This document shows, in pieces, positions 21,847 through 36,066 of a DNA stretch of 64,000 nucleotides. A program made the position numbers and the translations under genes. This DNA comes from Bigelowiella natans CCMP2755 (taxonomy: Eukaryota; Protista; Cercozoa). Position 1 is the first letter of the stretch, and each line of letters starts with the position of its first letter. The stretch is taken from positions 1-64,000 of the forward strand of contig ADNK01000104.1 in NCBI GenBank assembly GCA_000320545.1, written 5' to 3'. The notes beneath the pieces were generated by a model, which worked only from the letters and a program-made list of their open reading frames with translations, was not told the DNA's origin and did no database searches.

Positions 21847-21920
21847 GCGCCATGCACAAATATATCCAAACTATTGCTTATAGCTGACTTCAGTAAATAA
21901 AACATTTAAGAAAACTTAGA

Positions 21921-22146
21921 GGCAGAGCCCTTTAGGCCATGCCGCGTACGCACGTACGAACACATGTAGTTTCACACACATGTTCTTAACATCATATGTC
22001 GTTTTATACATATGTTCTTACCCAAAACACACATGTACCAAAAGCACATATGTTCTAAAGCACACATGGTCTATGTCACATATGTTCTGAAGTACACATG
22101 TGCTGTTAAAGGCGGTACGCGGCAGAGCCCTTTAGGTATGCCTAAA
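21921..22146. repeat. Minisatellite of CACATATGT-like units bracketed by a 16-bp direct repeat
   Basis: ggcagagccctttagg occurs at 21921 and 22121. About 8 cat(at)gt cores lie between them. Confidence 0.75.
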
Positions 22147-22559
22147 ATAAATGCGCGTGGCCTTTGTCAAGCGTAGACATATTTTCAGGCTCAACCACAT
22201 ATACGCATACTTGTTTTACTTATTAATCAAATAACAGTTAATGTCGAGCGCTGATGTATCAGCAAGACTCATGCAATATGATGTGAGTTAGCGTGTTGGT
22301 GTGCTATGGACAACCTATGCTGCATCATTATCATCATCATCATCGCTAATATGGATATGTATTGCAAACATGAGAAGGATGTAATGATATGATAAAAAAA
22401 AATCCAATACATTGTGCCACCCTAATGTAGCTATGCAAAGCGGCGGCTACAACGCTTAAGTTGTATGTGTTGGTTAAGACATGACTAACGTTTAACAATA
22501 GGTGCCATCATGAAAACATACAAGTGCCGTCATCATGCTATGCTCTACTGGCTGTTGCA

Positions 22560-23692
22560 GTGCGAGGGATTTATATGCCTAAAGCCGAAGATGACATGCA
22601 TAGACTCCCCAATTTCCAAGGGCTTCCGGAAATGGACGTGCTCAGGACCTCGGTACATCAATGCGTCGTTTGGCTGAAGCTCCTGCAACACATAACAACG
22701 CCCTTAAATACATAATATATATATATATATATATATATATAAGTCACACGTGCGGATGATAATATCATACGCAAGAGCGAAGCCTCGCTTCCTCTTCACC
22801 ACCGCTCTAATTAAATCACCACTGGACGCATGACATCCTTGCTGCGACTGTTCGCATTGATGCTTCGCTTTCGCTGTGACTATTGCCTCACCACTGGGAT
22901 TGCGTCTTCTTCGCCTCTTCCCTTTGGTGAAATGTACAGCGGCCACGCAGCAGCAGCAGCAGCAGCAGCAGAAGAAGAAGAAGAAGAAGAAGAAGAAGAA
23001 GAAGAGTCGCCACGAATTCCACTGGAGACAATCCGCCCAAGATTCAGCGAAAGCGACAACTGCAAAGAATCAATCCAATAGAAACAGATATACGAACGAC
23101 CAGGCATGTGGTAAGCACACGTTGCACTCTGCAGCAGCAGTATTATTCCATAACCAAACCTCCCTCCTCCCCCCTCTCCGAAACACTTGGGGGAGAATGT
23201 GGAATGACGTACCTCATTCTGATGTCGGTCTGTGTGCGGGAGAATCAGCCCCCCCTCATGGTAGATGATGGAGAACGCGTAAGTGGCTACTGACCCCACT
23301 CTGAATGGGCATAGGAGGAGGAGGAGGAGGAGGAGGGGCAGCAAGGGGGGGAGGGGAAAGTGGGGACGAAGAAGAAAATAAGGTATACTCGCTTTAAAAA
23401 CTCTTCCACACACACACGCACGCACGCACGCACACACATGCACACAAACCCATTTCATAACCAACACGATATATGATAAAATATGGTCAGATTTGCAGTC
23501 TCTGCATCATCATTTTCATCATCATCAGGCCATTGCCACTCTGGGTTCTTCTCTTGCATGATTCGCGGGAAGATACATGCATACAGGGGCCCACCCTGCG
23601 ATCTTAGACACCAGAGGCGCGAGGTTCATATTGACGAACACGCTCAGCTCCTCATTCGTGATTGTTGTGCGTCTGGACGGATATCATTATAT

Positions 23693-23746
<54 letters not shown>

Positions 23747-23820
23747 AGAAAGAGACGGGAATAAGGAGAGAGGCTTTGGCGGAGTAACATAGACAAAGAG
23801 ATAGATACAAGAGAAGGAGA

Positions 23821-23864
<44 letters not shown>

Positions 23865-24130
23865 TGTGGGCAGGAGATCTTCCTCGCAGCATAATGAGTG
23901 CCAACAAAAGGGCGAAATCACGGTCACCGTTGATTTGGGACGTAGGAAAGCAACTCTGATGCGGCATTCTCATGAGAGAAGAGAGATCGATGCCGCTTCA
24001 GTAAGGCCAAGAAGTACCTAAAGATGACAACGATTTAACACAATTACTCTCCCCCCCCCTTTCCCCTGTAGTAGCCTCATGCATGCCAACAAATCGATTT
24101 TGCATCTCTCAAAAGCACACACACACACAT

Positions 24131-24180
<50 letters not shown>

Positions 24181-24960
24181 CTAGTAGCACCATTCCCTAG
24201 TCCTGCTACAGCGTGCTGCTGCTGCTGCTACTACTACTAGTACTATTGGTACTACTCGTCTGTGAGGAGCCCCCTCAAGACTGTATAGCCTTTGGATCGA
24301 AAGCCGTTCTCCACCACTGGAAATGACTGAGGAGGCGTCCAGACGCTGCTGCTGCTACTTGGAAGCTGTTGTCCAGTCCACGGGGGGACACACGAGGCTT
24401 CTGGTGCCGAAGAAGAAGATGAGCACAAGGGGGGGGGGGAGGGTTGGCCTTGCTTTACATTCTGGCGCGACCCCCCCTCCTCTTCCACCCCCCCACCTTC
24501 CCCCCTCAAGAGCGAATGGACGTTGCTGAAGACATCGCGCGTGCATGCACGAATCGGGTCTTGGGGGGGGGGCTTCTGATGGACCGAGTTGAAGAGTGAG
24601 AGGACGTGCGAGCATACCCTCCTCCGGATCTCTCCATGCTTGTGGTAGTAGCGGCGGCGATAGCCCGAAGGCGAAGAAGGATGAGAGGGGGAAGGTGACG
24701 ACGATAGCGGGCAATGAGGAAGGAGAAGAGGAGACCTTGTTTCCCCATTATTAGCATCCTCGTAACCATCGCTACTGCTGCCACCGCTGCTACTGCTACC
24801 GCTGCTACTTATGCAAATAGGGGCTTCCCCGAGCTAAGAAAGAAGAGAATGGATGGGGAAGAAGAAGAAGGAGGAGAAGAAGGAGAGAGGAATAAGCTTG
24901 TGAGGGAATAGCATTGAGAATCGCTCGAATAGATAACAAACAAACAATGATATACATGTC

Positions 24961-25015
<55 letters not shown>

Positions 25016-25589
25016 ACATCCTCCGATTTTTTAAACTAAAAAATTGGATACGTGATGATCTGCTGCTGCTGCTGCTATTCTGCTGTGCTACTGAAGGGTG
25101 GGAAGGAACACGATGACTCACCGCTGGACACCACTGTGTATAGGCTAGTGATTGTTATGCTCACTTCGACTATAACACCAGTTGCGGTAGTAGCAGTAGT
25201 AGTAGTAGTAGTAGTAGTAGCTTGTAGAAGAAGAGCGGTGTTGGTTTTTAGAAGCACGCTAATTCTACTGATGACGGGGTTACGACAGGCCAACCTGTGC
25301 GGCTACGAAGTGGAGAGTGAAGAGGAGGTTGGACCTGAATCATAGCACTCGTCGTCGTCGTCATCATCATCATCATCATCATCGTCACAGAAGCGCATCC
25401 AGGTTCTGTTTGGAATCAATCTCCATACTACCTCAAATCCGGCGCGTACATCCTCGCTGTTCTTCTACCCCCCATCGTCTCACCATAGTTATCGAGAAGA
25501 GAGTGCTGAGCCTCGCTCATTGCCTGGATACAGGCGCACGTAATCACTCTTCTCAGCCATCAATTCTTCGCCGCTGTTATCGCTCGACA

Positions 25590-25620
<31 letters not shown>

Positions 25621-26441
25621 TTACACAATCACACAATCACACAATCACACGCATACGCATACGCACATGAACATGCGACACATATGCACACATATTTCTT
25701 CATACATGATAAATATCGCGTAGCAACATACTACCAGGATTTCCATGGCCTCGATCAAAGCCTGAAATGCAAGATGATGGCGGCCCTGGCCCATATAGAT
25801 GCGTCCGAGCAGCAGGAGCGCGTCCATGTTGCGGTTTACCCTGATAATTAAGTTTTGTAAGAACAACAAGTGCTTTGCTAGATGTAAAAATACTTGTGTA
25901 TATATGCGTAATTCTATATAAATTTGATTAGAATCGCGCAACAATGCTGGAAATCGCTTAGCGGCTTGGATTTTTCCTACAATTTTTTTTCCTTTTCAGC
26001 ATTTATTTTAGAGTTGTGTTTATTTGTTTGTGCGTCTGCGCGGGCGTGTGCAGTGTACGCTTGTTTGTGTGCGATCGTGTCTGTCTACTGCATAGAGAAA
26101 CCGGATGGATTGCAGGAAGGACCCTATCGCTTTCTCTGCTTCATCCTTCTGCGGAAATTCGTTGAACATTGTCATTCAAAATCTCGACATACTCAAAAAC
26201 AGTTTCGGATGATGATTATGATGATGATGACGATGATGACGATTGCAATTGGCGAAGGATGATGCAACACTGGACGCATCTCGTTTCTCGTGACATAGGA
26301 AAACACCTCAATTTTTATCGCTGTACCGTCCTCAAAGTATGAATTGTTGCTCGAAATGGATCACTACTATTGCTGCTATTACCTGGCAGATGAGTTGACC
26401 ATGGAGCAGATAAACATCGTACGGTGTCCGCAAACTATAGT

Positions 26442-26472
<31 letters not shown>

Positions 26473-27058
26473 GAGGAGGAGGAGAAGGCTTAGAGTTCTC
26501 TGTTAGGTTACAAGCGAATACCACGCTGCTGCTACAACGGTCGCTGCTAACTTTGAGCGCCGTATTACTCCTACTATTGCTACTACTACTATTATTACTG
26601 TTACTACCGTGCCATCTCTGCCGGTGTGGTGATGTTGTATGCTTTCATCATGTCGACCAGCTCGTCTAGACAGCACAACCAATCATCGTCACATACGTAT
26701 ACAACGAACGGGTTGAAGGAAATGGGAAGTAGAGCAAAATCTACACTTGTCATCACAAATCGTTTCTATCGTCTCCATGACCACGGCCATATTTATCAGT
26801 GTCATCACCATCATCACCATCATCACCATCATCACCATCATCATCATATTTACCCCAGGTTCGAGCGATAAGGTCCGCTTGCTCGTCAGCCTCGGAGATA
26901 GACGTTGCGTATGGTGGCACACCTGTTGTGATCACAGGGCATGGTAGTTGCTGTAGCAGTCACAACCAGTGAGCGGCTAGGTGCTATATACTCGTTGAGA
27001 GCTTCCTAGCTCTCTATTCCCCGCATCTTCTACTGATTATTGATAGCTTCTGCTGCTA

Positions 27059-27099
<41 letters not shown>

Positions 27100-27900
27100 T
27101 GATTGTTACTAATGAGGATGATGACGATGATAAGGTTAAACTCATATTACTCGCTGCGTCTCTTAAAAGGTCGCCTTTAAGGCTCCGAAAGTTTGCGAGG
27201 GCGGTATCAATAGAATATTCACTTCCTGGGAGTCCCAATGCCACGGCAAAACATAGCAAAGCCTGAGACAGTTTCCTAACAAGGGAATCGTCACAAATTC
27301 ACGTCCTCAGATAGATAACACCAGGAGGAGACGTGCAGGTCCTAGCCCGCTTCGCAAAGAGATGCAGCGTGATCTGAGAATGTTTACGTAGGCGTAGACT
27401 GACCCTTTCTCGAAAAGATCGACGCCTTTATCGTTCGCAATCGCTGCGGTCGCATCCTTCACGCCCACGAAGCATCCCTGATCAAGAATTCGGGGTATAT
27501 ATTATCATCTATACCCGTCTCCCCTCGTCCCTTCCCCCCAAATACAAGTGACCTGGCGCGAGGCACCAGATGCCATTAAAAGGTGGAGAACGAAAACTAA
27601 AATCGAGGAAGTCCCTCCTCTCTCTCCCCCCGTTGTCCACATTCCCGCAGCGAATCGCTCCGGCCGGGACGGGACGCGGAAGGGTGGCCGACGGTAGTGA
27701 AAACGGCCCTGATTTTGGTCCAGTAGCATTGACATGGAATGTCGCAGGGTCAATATCATCGACGACGAGCTTCCGATACCGAGAAATATCTGGAAAAGTT
27801 GATCCCAAGAACGGTCTTGACACAACATAAATTATAACACGCCGCGTTGATCTTTTTTTTTTCCATTTTCCCATGTATTAATGTTGTCGTCGGTGATCTG
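22560..27900 (-). CDS. Multi-exon hypothetical protein with a TPR-like segment
   Basis: Coding-like exons between microsatellite introns, e.g. NRNMDALLLLGRIYMGQGRHHLAFQALIEAMEIL (TPR-like), ELSVFVNMNLAPLVSKIAGWAP and KLSQALLCFAVALGLPGSEYSIDTALANF. Ends not resolved. Confidence 0.45.
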
Positions 27901-27986
27901 TCGCAGGGCAGAATTCTTAGGTGTTTTCCTCGATCATCCCTCGTCCCGACGGTCCACCCGGGAATGGGCCCCGGTGTCATGCGTCC

Positions 27987-29110
27987 ATGAATGGGATAGG
28001 GACCCGGCTAGCTCTCGTGGCCACGACGCTCTCGGTCACCGCACAAAACCAATAGAACGATTATGTCAGAAAGCATGCACAGAAGGGGAAGAAATCTTAC
28101 AATTTTTGTGAACAATCATGCGTAGGTCTGCAACCTCGCCATTGCAGCATCAGCTGGTGGGGAGTCCTGTAGGCTTCAGCGAGCCTCCTTTGAGAAGATG
28201 GGCTCAACGCTGGCCTTCACGCTGGATCTAAGGGGCGGAGCAGGCCAAACGCGAGTACTGCGTCGTCGGAAGAAGGGATGGCGGAGACGCGGCATCCTCC
28301 AGAAGAAACACAAAGTAGTTCGCAAAGGACATACGCAACACACACACACACACACATTGCATCAAGCACGCACATAACATATATAATGCTGCCAAAAAAT
28401 CAAAAAAACCAAAATTCGTCACTTAGCATGAATAAATATGACGAATAATGTTTCATTCGATCAACCCATTTTTATATTCTTCCACTAGGGAGCGAGTAAA
28501 CTCACAAGGTCACAGAGAGATCGACGCGAAATGCTAAAAGCAAGGTTTGCACTTTCGATACCTATCCTTGAATTGCTGACAACCGAATCATACAATAGGG
28601 CAAAACTAGCACAGAATAAAGCGAGTAGGAAAGGTATTCCAGAGGATGGTGACTCTTTTGACCAAGACTCTAGCGATAGTGAGAATTCAGATCCTTTTGG
28701 AAGACACCATGATGATTCGCAGAAGCAAACGGACCAAGACCAGCGAAATGAGAAAGAAAACGATCTTGAAGAAGAAGAAAAAGAAGAAGAAGGAAAAGAA
28801 GAAGAAGAAAAAAGGAATGCAGCGACGCCTATAAATAGTAAAACGGTACTTAAAAGGAGCAAGGAGATGATAAGAGCTAAACGCGTTGGAATCCGGCCCG
28901 CACTTAGCCTTACTACTCGGTACAATTTTGATGTGTATGTATGTGTGAGCAGACGCGTGTTGCATGTGTGTGCGTATTGAGTATAAGTGTTTTGAAAGTG
29001 GGTGTTCGTAGTGATAGTAGTGGTAATAGTTGTAGTCTCCTGAGACTTTTATCTGGTACAGGAGTGTGAAGCGTTCCCGAATCAAGACTGATAGGATAAC
29101 AAAATTATGA
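27987..29110 (+). CDS. Hypothetical protein with signal peptide, LRGG motif, basic cluster and acidic tract; 4 exons
   Basis: MNGIGTRLALVATTLS|VCNLAIAASAGG...TLDLRGGAGQTRVLRRRKKGWRRRGILQKKHK|GASKLTRSQR...EEEEKEEE...TTR|SVKRSRIKTDRITKL*. All three introns are GT-AG with matching phases. Confidence 0.6.
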
Positions 29111-29730
29111 AACAAGGATAATTTACATGGGAGCACAATTAATTCGATATTTGTACATCTCCAAGCACAAGTGACGTCATTCATTCATTAAATGATGCGT
29201 GGTACACGGATAATGTACACATGCTTCATAAAATACAAACCCACGAATTTGGTTGCGCCATCTACCAATTACCTTACATTATTTAGTCACATGCATGGCC
29301 CCGATTTACTATGGCAACGACAATATCTTTATGATTTTCCCCACATTTTTTTAATATGTAGTTACACATATATACAATATCTATATGAATTTAAACGTAT
29401 AGTCTCTCTACTCAACCTGCAAAACATGCTAGGAAGTAAGAACAAGGAGGGTAGCATAACTGAAGGCTCTGCACCGCTGCAATTGAATGTGAAGGTGTTG
29501 GCAGCATGTTATGCATGCCGGAGCATTGTAGTCATAGCAATGAATGACTGCCGAAGCGTCTGCATTGTGAATGTACGAGCAAGATTTGCTGCGCAAGCTT
29601 CTGCAGCGTTGATGATTATTTTATTGTTTTATACGTGCTTCTAAATCACTCTGCATGCTGACTACCAATACTTTCATTGCAATACGATATTATCACATAG
29701 ACGTAAAAGTTTCTCTTCTCCCTCCCCTCC

Positions 29731-29847
<117 letters not shown>

Positions 29848-30798
29848 CACACACACACAGACACCTATTACTTTCTCTTTCCCTCTCCTCTCCCTCCCCC
29901 TCTTCCCGATATTGTTCATGCTCAGATCTACATGTTTATGCTTAGATGTATATATTTACGATGATTTGGCTTACTTACAGTATCCAAAATGTAAATAGTG
30001 TGAAGAATTATTGGTCACACGATCGAGGGCTACATATTTTCATCACATCTTCGCTAAAAAATTGAAATACCCGTAAATTGCAAAGATCAACTTAAATTGC
30101 GAAATCGCTAAACGGGTGCTGTCGCGATTTCTTTGTGGAAGAGTTAGCAGGAGGGGGGACAGGAAGGAATGTGCTTGACAATCATGGATAAAGGGGTAAC
30201 ATGGGCAGCTGGAGTAAAGAAGCAAAAGGTTTCACAGAACCTAATCGATGGTGACGGGCGAGTTCTCTCTCCGAGCAGACTCTCAATCGGCACTGAAAAT
30301 TGGGTGAGAAAGAACCAGCCATCGAAACAAGCATTTACAAATAATGCGACATCACTCTGAGCTTGTCGTAGAATTCAAAAAAAGGGATTATGATCTCATA
30401 CCCACTGACAATTTTTCCGAAAACAAAAGTTCGGGCGTTCGAAGCAGACACGTTCGCGGGAATGTGTTATGGAAAGAATTTCGAAATTTCAGTGTGAAAG
30501 AATCCCTGAAAAATCAAAAGTGTTTTGATTTCATTTGGAGCGACTTGTATGAATCCTTGCCGCAAGTAAAATATGTATGAAGAAGATCCTGATACTTCAC
30601 TAGATGTTGCGAGTGTGATTCTGGCATTTTTCGCGGGAATTGGATCATAGTCTAGCGCCGCGGATTTTCCTCCTGCGACATAGATGAATGCTTTAAATCG
30701 ATGCACAACTACAGGCGAACCTCTGTCGCACGTGAAAGAGCATCACCGCGCCTCATCGCCGTCTCTTCTCTGGGAGCGCGTAAGGGGAACGATTCCAA

Positions 30799-33700
30799 AT
30801 GGATATCCGCAATTTTTTCTCCCTGTCGGGTGGCTCGAAGAAGAAGAAGAAGAAGACAAAGACTGTGAAAAAGTCTTCTGGTGATGATGTGACGGAGAAC
30901 GAGTCCCCAAAGAATGCTACCCCTAAGTCGGCGAGGAAAGCTTCCTCGCAGAAGAAAAAGAAGTAACTTTCTGAATTTTGCGCTTGACACCTTTCATTGA
31001 TCACCTAATGTTCAAATAGGCGTAAATCTGAAGGAAGTAGTACTCAAACCAGCCGTAAGAAGCGCAAATCAAAAATAGTAGTCTCCGACAGTGACAGCGA
31101 AGACGACATCGATGACGACATCGATGATCCTATTGATGACACTGTCGATGATGATGAGGACTTTGTGACACCAGTATCAAAGAAAAAAGTAGTCAAATCT
31201 CCAGGGAAGAAAAGAACTGCAAAGAAGAAAGCATCGAAGAAGACTCCGCAAAAGTCGCCTAAGAAGACACCCAAAAAGGCAAAAAAGACCAAAAAGCCAA
31301 AAGGTGCTCCTCTATTTTCCTTAAACGAGTGAAACTAACATACCGTATTATCTATTCTTTTGTTCAGAGGAGATAAAAGAGATCTCGCCAGAAGACTTTT
31401 TCAACAGTGGTAGCAGCAGTAGCAAGAAAAAGGTCAAGAAATCTGAAGATACTAGTTCGAACGACGAGGATATTAATCTGGCCAAGGCTTTGTCTCTTTC
31501 CGAGTCAGAATCTCGGGAAGAAGCTTCGAAACCAAGTACATCACATTACTTTGAACAGACAGAAGGCAACACTGGTAAGAAGGAGAAGAAAAAAAAGGCG
31601 AAACGACGAGATACCACCAAAAAATTTAACTGGCAGTGGAAGTCCGATTTGAATGCGAAAAGCACGAAAGGCTGGACAGATTACTCTGAGGACGATAACA
31701 AATTCCTGCAAGAAAATTGGGAGAGTGGAGAAGAAGTCGTTGAGCTTCCCAATGGCTACTCTGTGAATTTGGAGCAGATGATACAGTTCAAGACTAAAGA
31801 CCCTCACAGACAAAGACCTATCCAGAAAGTAGTGAAGCCTCCATCATCGCGAAAGGGGGCAAAGACAACGAAGAGCGATGACAACGGTGATAACAAGGAG
31901 AAAAGAGATCTAAAACTGGAGAAACAAGCTAGTGTAAAGAAAGAGGATGAGAAGAAACAGAAAGTCAAAGTTGAGAAGGCTGATATGCCCAAGAAAGCGA
32001 CTCCCCCACCCCCCTTGACTAAGCAGGCTTCTGAGCCTCTTCTGGTACGTTGTAAGAAAACGTTTTAAACAATGAACATATGCGTTTTGCTCTATGTTTG
32101 GGGAATATTTGCATTGTAGCTCAACAAGTGTACATCATCACGTCCCTATCTTTCAGACAACTGGCACCGCATCGTCGAACTCCGCGGCTGGGACGAAGAG
32201 AAAGTGGTCAGATTCATTACGTATTTCCTTACCCGAGAGTGTAGCAATCGAATATGGATTGCTTTGTCTCAATCGAGTCCTTACAATCACATTACCATGC
32301 AGGTATCCCGGGATGCAGAGGGGAGCGCCTCCAAAGGCTGGACAGAAGGAGATTCCCGAAGGAAAACCAAACTGCCTCCAAGGCCTCACCTTTGTAAGCC
32401 CCCTTTTCGACTTTTGCAGTGACTCTTAAGCAATATACTTAATCAAGTAATGTTGCAGCCATTATGGTTGAGGAGATACCTACACTAACATTTTTTCATT
32501 TGACCATAAGCGTTGGCCTTTCGACCGAAATGAATCTTTGTCATGTATATTTTTCTGGATCGTAGGGTGAACTTCCAAATGTTTTTTAGGTAATCACTGG
32601 AACTTTAGATTCGCTAGAGAGGGACGAGGCCGGCGATTTGATCAAACAATATGGAGGGTATGTGAGCCTATTCGCCTTCATTTTTTGATTCCCCTTTTAA
32701 AAAATGGGTACATTTCAATTGAGGCAGCAACCTGTAGTTACGATTTTCCTCCCCCCCCCTTCCATGGCGAAGGCGTGTGACAGGGGGTGTGAGTGGAAAG
32801 ACTTCGTATCTCATCGCCGGAGCGGAAGCAGGAGCAACTAAGATGAAGAAGGCTGAGCAAAAAGGTCGGAGAATGAGTAACCTCGCGACTACCTATTTGC
32901 TTTATACGGCCTCTTGCAAAGTAAAAGCATCGGCGATGCTTCTTCAGCGCTGATATCTTTGTTGCAAGAGCAAAAAATGTCGCTGTTTTCGGCACTGTTA
33001 TGAAAACATTGGTACTGTTGACTTGTTTTGATTTCCTGTGTTCCTTTCTTTGCTTTGTGGTCATCTTGTCTCTGCTGTCTGAACACTGGCTAGGCGTGAA
33101 AGTCGTAGACGAAGACTTTCTTCTGAACTTGATCAGATCCAGGGAATCCCAGGCGGCACCAACTCCCAAGCCCAACAAGAAGCGCAAAACATCCAGTGAG
33201 CGCCATTTTCAATCAACTATCCCCGAACAAAATATTGTGCGATGATCGTGTTGAGGCAGTGAAGGAAAACACAAAGGGCCCATCTCTAAATCCACCCCCT
33301 TCCCCATCTGATAGGTTCCGTTAAGTCAGGAAAGCAGGAGGCGACGTCCGCATCGACTGCTTCCACGGGTGAAAGCGGAGCGATGCTCTGGGTTGATAAG
33401 CATAAACCTAAGGGCCCGAGGGACCTCATTGGAAACAACTCCAACATCAAGAAACTCACCACATTCCTCAACGACTGGAGGACGGCAATGCAGAGAAAGA
33501 ACACGAGCGGTATCAAGAAGAAGGCCGTCCTCCTCGCTGGGAATGCGGGCCTGGGCAAGTCTTCCGCCGCCGAGGTTGTCTGCCGGTCGCTAGGGTTCAA
33601 CAAGATAGAGTCTAACGCCAGCGACGTGCGCAACAAGGCCCACCTCGAGCAAAAGATCGTCGCAATCGCGCGCAACCGCGGAATCATGGAGTTCATGGGG

Positions 33701-34172
33701 GGCGCGAAGAAGAAAGGGGCTGGCGGGCCCACCTGCCTTGTGATGGACGAGGTGGACGGCATGTCCGGTAATTCAGACCGGGGAGGAATGCAGCTCCTCA
33801 TCAAGATCATTAAGAGTACGCAGGTTCCGATCATCTGCATCTGCAACGACTCCAACTCGCAGAAGATGCGCAGCCTCAAGAACTACTGCGAGGTACTCAA
33901 ATTCCGACGGCCCACCGCCGCCCAGATCGCGCCGCGCATCATGAGGGTTCTGGAAGCGGAAGGTATGAGGGTGGAGAGGAATGCGCTGGAGCAAGTGGTC
34001 GATGCTACGAGGGGTGACATCCGCCAGATACTCAACCTCATGCAGATGTGGAAGAAGAAGAAGGACAACCTAAAGTACACTTGACAGCATCCTCCTATTT
34101 TTTTTTAATTGATTTCCCTGAATGCTGAGAGTCGGGCAGTTGCCGTTTAGTGGACATAGAAACACACGAACA

Positions 34173-34225
<53 letters not shown>

Positions 34226-35274
34226 CCTTCGCCCTAACCCTTGATGTGGATCAATACTGAACTCTTCTATGCTATCCACCCTGCCCTGCTCATCTACCTT
34301 GCAGCTACTCCGACGCCAAATTCAAGATGGGAAAGAACAGTGGCAAGGACTTCGACCTAGGACCCTTTGATGTTATCGGGAAGGTCTTCACCCCCGACTT
34401 CAAGAAGGGCTTCGTGATTCGAAAGTCCGAGCCCTACTTCGTGGATTTCTCGCTGATGCCGCTCATGGTGGAGGAGAACTACCTCGGGGTGCGGCGGTTC
34501 GCAAACTCCCCTCTCGCCGACAAATCAAAGCGCGCGGACGTGCAGGAGCTTGAGGCGTTAGCGATGGCTGCGACCTCGTTCAGCGATGCCGACTTGTGCG
34601 ACACGCAGCTACGCCGCAACCAGGACTACTCCCTCATGCCGTACCACGCGGCCTTCACGTGCGTCATCCCCGGGTCCTACCTCGCGGGGGGGCTCGGCCG
34701 GCCAGCCTTCCCGTCCTGGCTAGGAAAATTCAGCAGCCGGAACAAGAACAAGCGGTTCTTCGACCTGCTCAAGGCCAACATGAGCGTGGACTCGACCTCC
34801 AGCGCCACCGACCTCGCCCTCTACCAAATACCGCATCTCCGCCGCCAGATGCTGAAGCCGATGATAGACGAGGGGCTCGATGGTGTGGACACCGTGATCA
34901 AGACCTTGGACGAATATAGCCTCGACCGAAACGACTGGGAGATGATCTCCGAGCTCGGCACACGATTCGGGAACCCGCTGAGTCTGAAGCAGATCCCTGG
35001 GAAGATCAAGGCTGCTTTCACCCGCACTTACAACCAGAAATCCCACATGCTCAAGGTCGCGAGGCAGGATCTGAAGGCCGTCCGTCGCAAGGCCAAGGCA
35101 GAAGCCAAGCGTGAGGCGGTTGGAGGAGACGGGGAGGATGACGTTGACGACGAGGACGAGATGCCCAGCAGCAGCAGTAGTAGTAAAGGGAAAACCAAGG
35201 GGAAAGCCAAGAAGAGGACGGCGCCGAAGAAGAAGGGAGGCGCGAAGAAGAAGGGGGGAAAGAAGAAAAAGTAA
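30799..35274 (+). CDS. RFC1: Replication factor C large subunit with WWE + BRCT + AAA+ + RFC1 C-terminal domains
   Basis: Start MDIRNFFS. BRCT PEGKPNCLQGLTF|VITGTLDSLERDEAGDLIKQYGG. Also LWVDKHKP, Walker A GNAGLGKS, ESNASDVR, Walker B MDEVDGMSGNSDRGG, IICICND, and C-terminal FPSWLGKFS / KIKAAFTRTYN. Confidence 0.96.
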
Positions 35275-35659
35275 TTTAGTGATGATTGAGGCAATTAGGA
35301 CCGCAACCTATAGATTGAATGCGCGCGCTGGAATTGTATGCATTGCGGGATCATAGTTATTAAATTGAAGACAAGAACTATTCGAGAAATGATGATGCTT
35401 ATCGCCGACTATGCATTAGCTAGTTAGCAGCAAATACAAAAAACAATGTAGCTAGGTAGCTGCATGCGCAATGCCGCCTAGCTAGCTAGCATGATCGTAA
35501 CATCGAACTCTGCCCGCCACGTTTTTCAAGCAATGTGTGCCATGCGCTCATGCTACACATGCTAGCATGTGCACGGCATCAACATGCGGGCATGCTGGCA
35601 TGCGGCATGCGGTCACAGCAGACGTCATGACCCCATGCACATCCATTGCAGCAGACCAC

Positions 35660-35887
35660 CACACCATACCCCACATTTCATTTCCCATCTGCCGTCAGTA
35701 GGGGAACGACACAAAATTTTCATTTCAAAAATTCACCTGCTACTGACGACCTACTGCTGAACTAAATTGCTAGAATGACATGGCAAAATCGCACGAGCAT
35801 GACATGTCAAGTGCCCCACATTTGATTTCCCATCAGCAATCAGTAGCAAAATGTGCAAAAATGCGCAACATGAAAGCTTTGCCTACC
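35660..35887. repeat. Left arm of an inverted repeat (about 1.6 tandem copies of a ~145-bp unit)
   Basis: ccccacattt(c/g)atttcccatc occurs at about 35669 and 35815. The reverse complement aligns to 39621-39750. Confidence 0.8.
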
Positions 35888-36066
35888 ATGTGTTTTGTGA
35901 TAACAATCTTTGTTAAAAATGACATAGCAAAATCCACAGCAGAGCATCACGCCATCGCTACATCTAAATTCTAGCCACAGTAGTGTGCGCCTCACTCATC
36001 GCTATGATCGCTTCAACCTTCCGGATTTCTCTAGATTCATTTTCTAAGTGCTTCCTGTAATTTACC

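Noticed and set aside
21940-22110. Short spaced repeats as a CRISPR array
   Set aside because: Cores are under 12 nt and degenerate, spacers are too short, the context is eukaryotic and no cas genes are present.
30169-30706. Short ORFs upstream of RFC1
   Set aside because: No motif and no consistent exon chain could be built.
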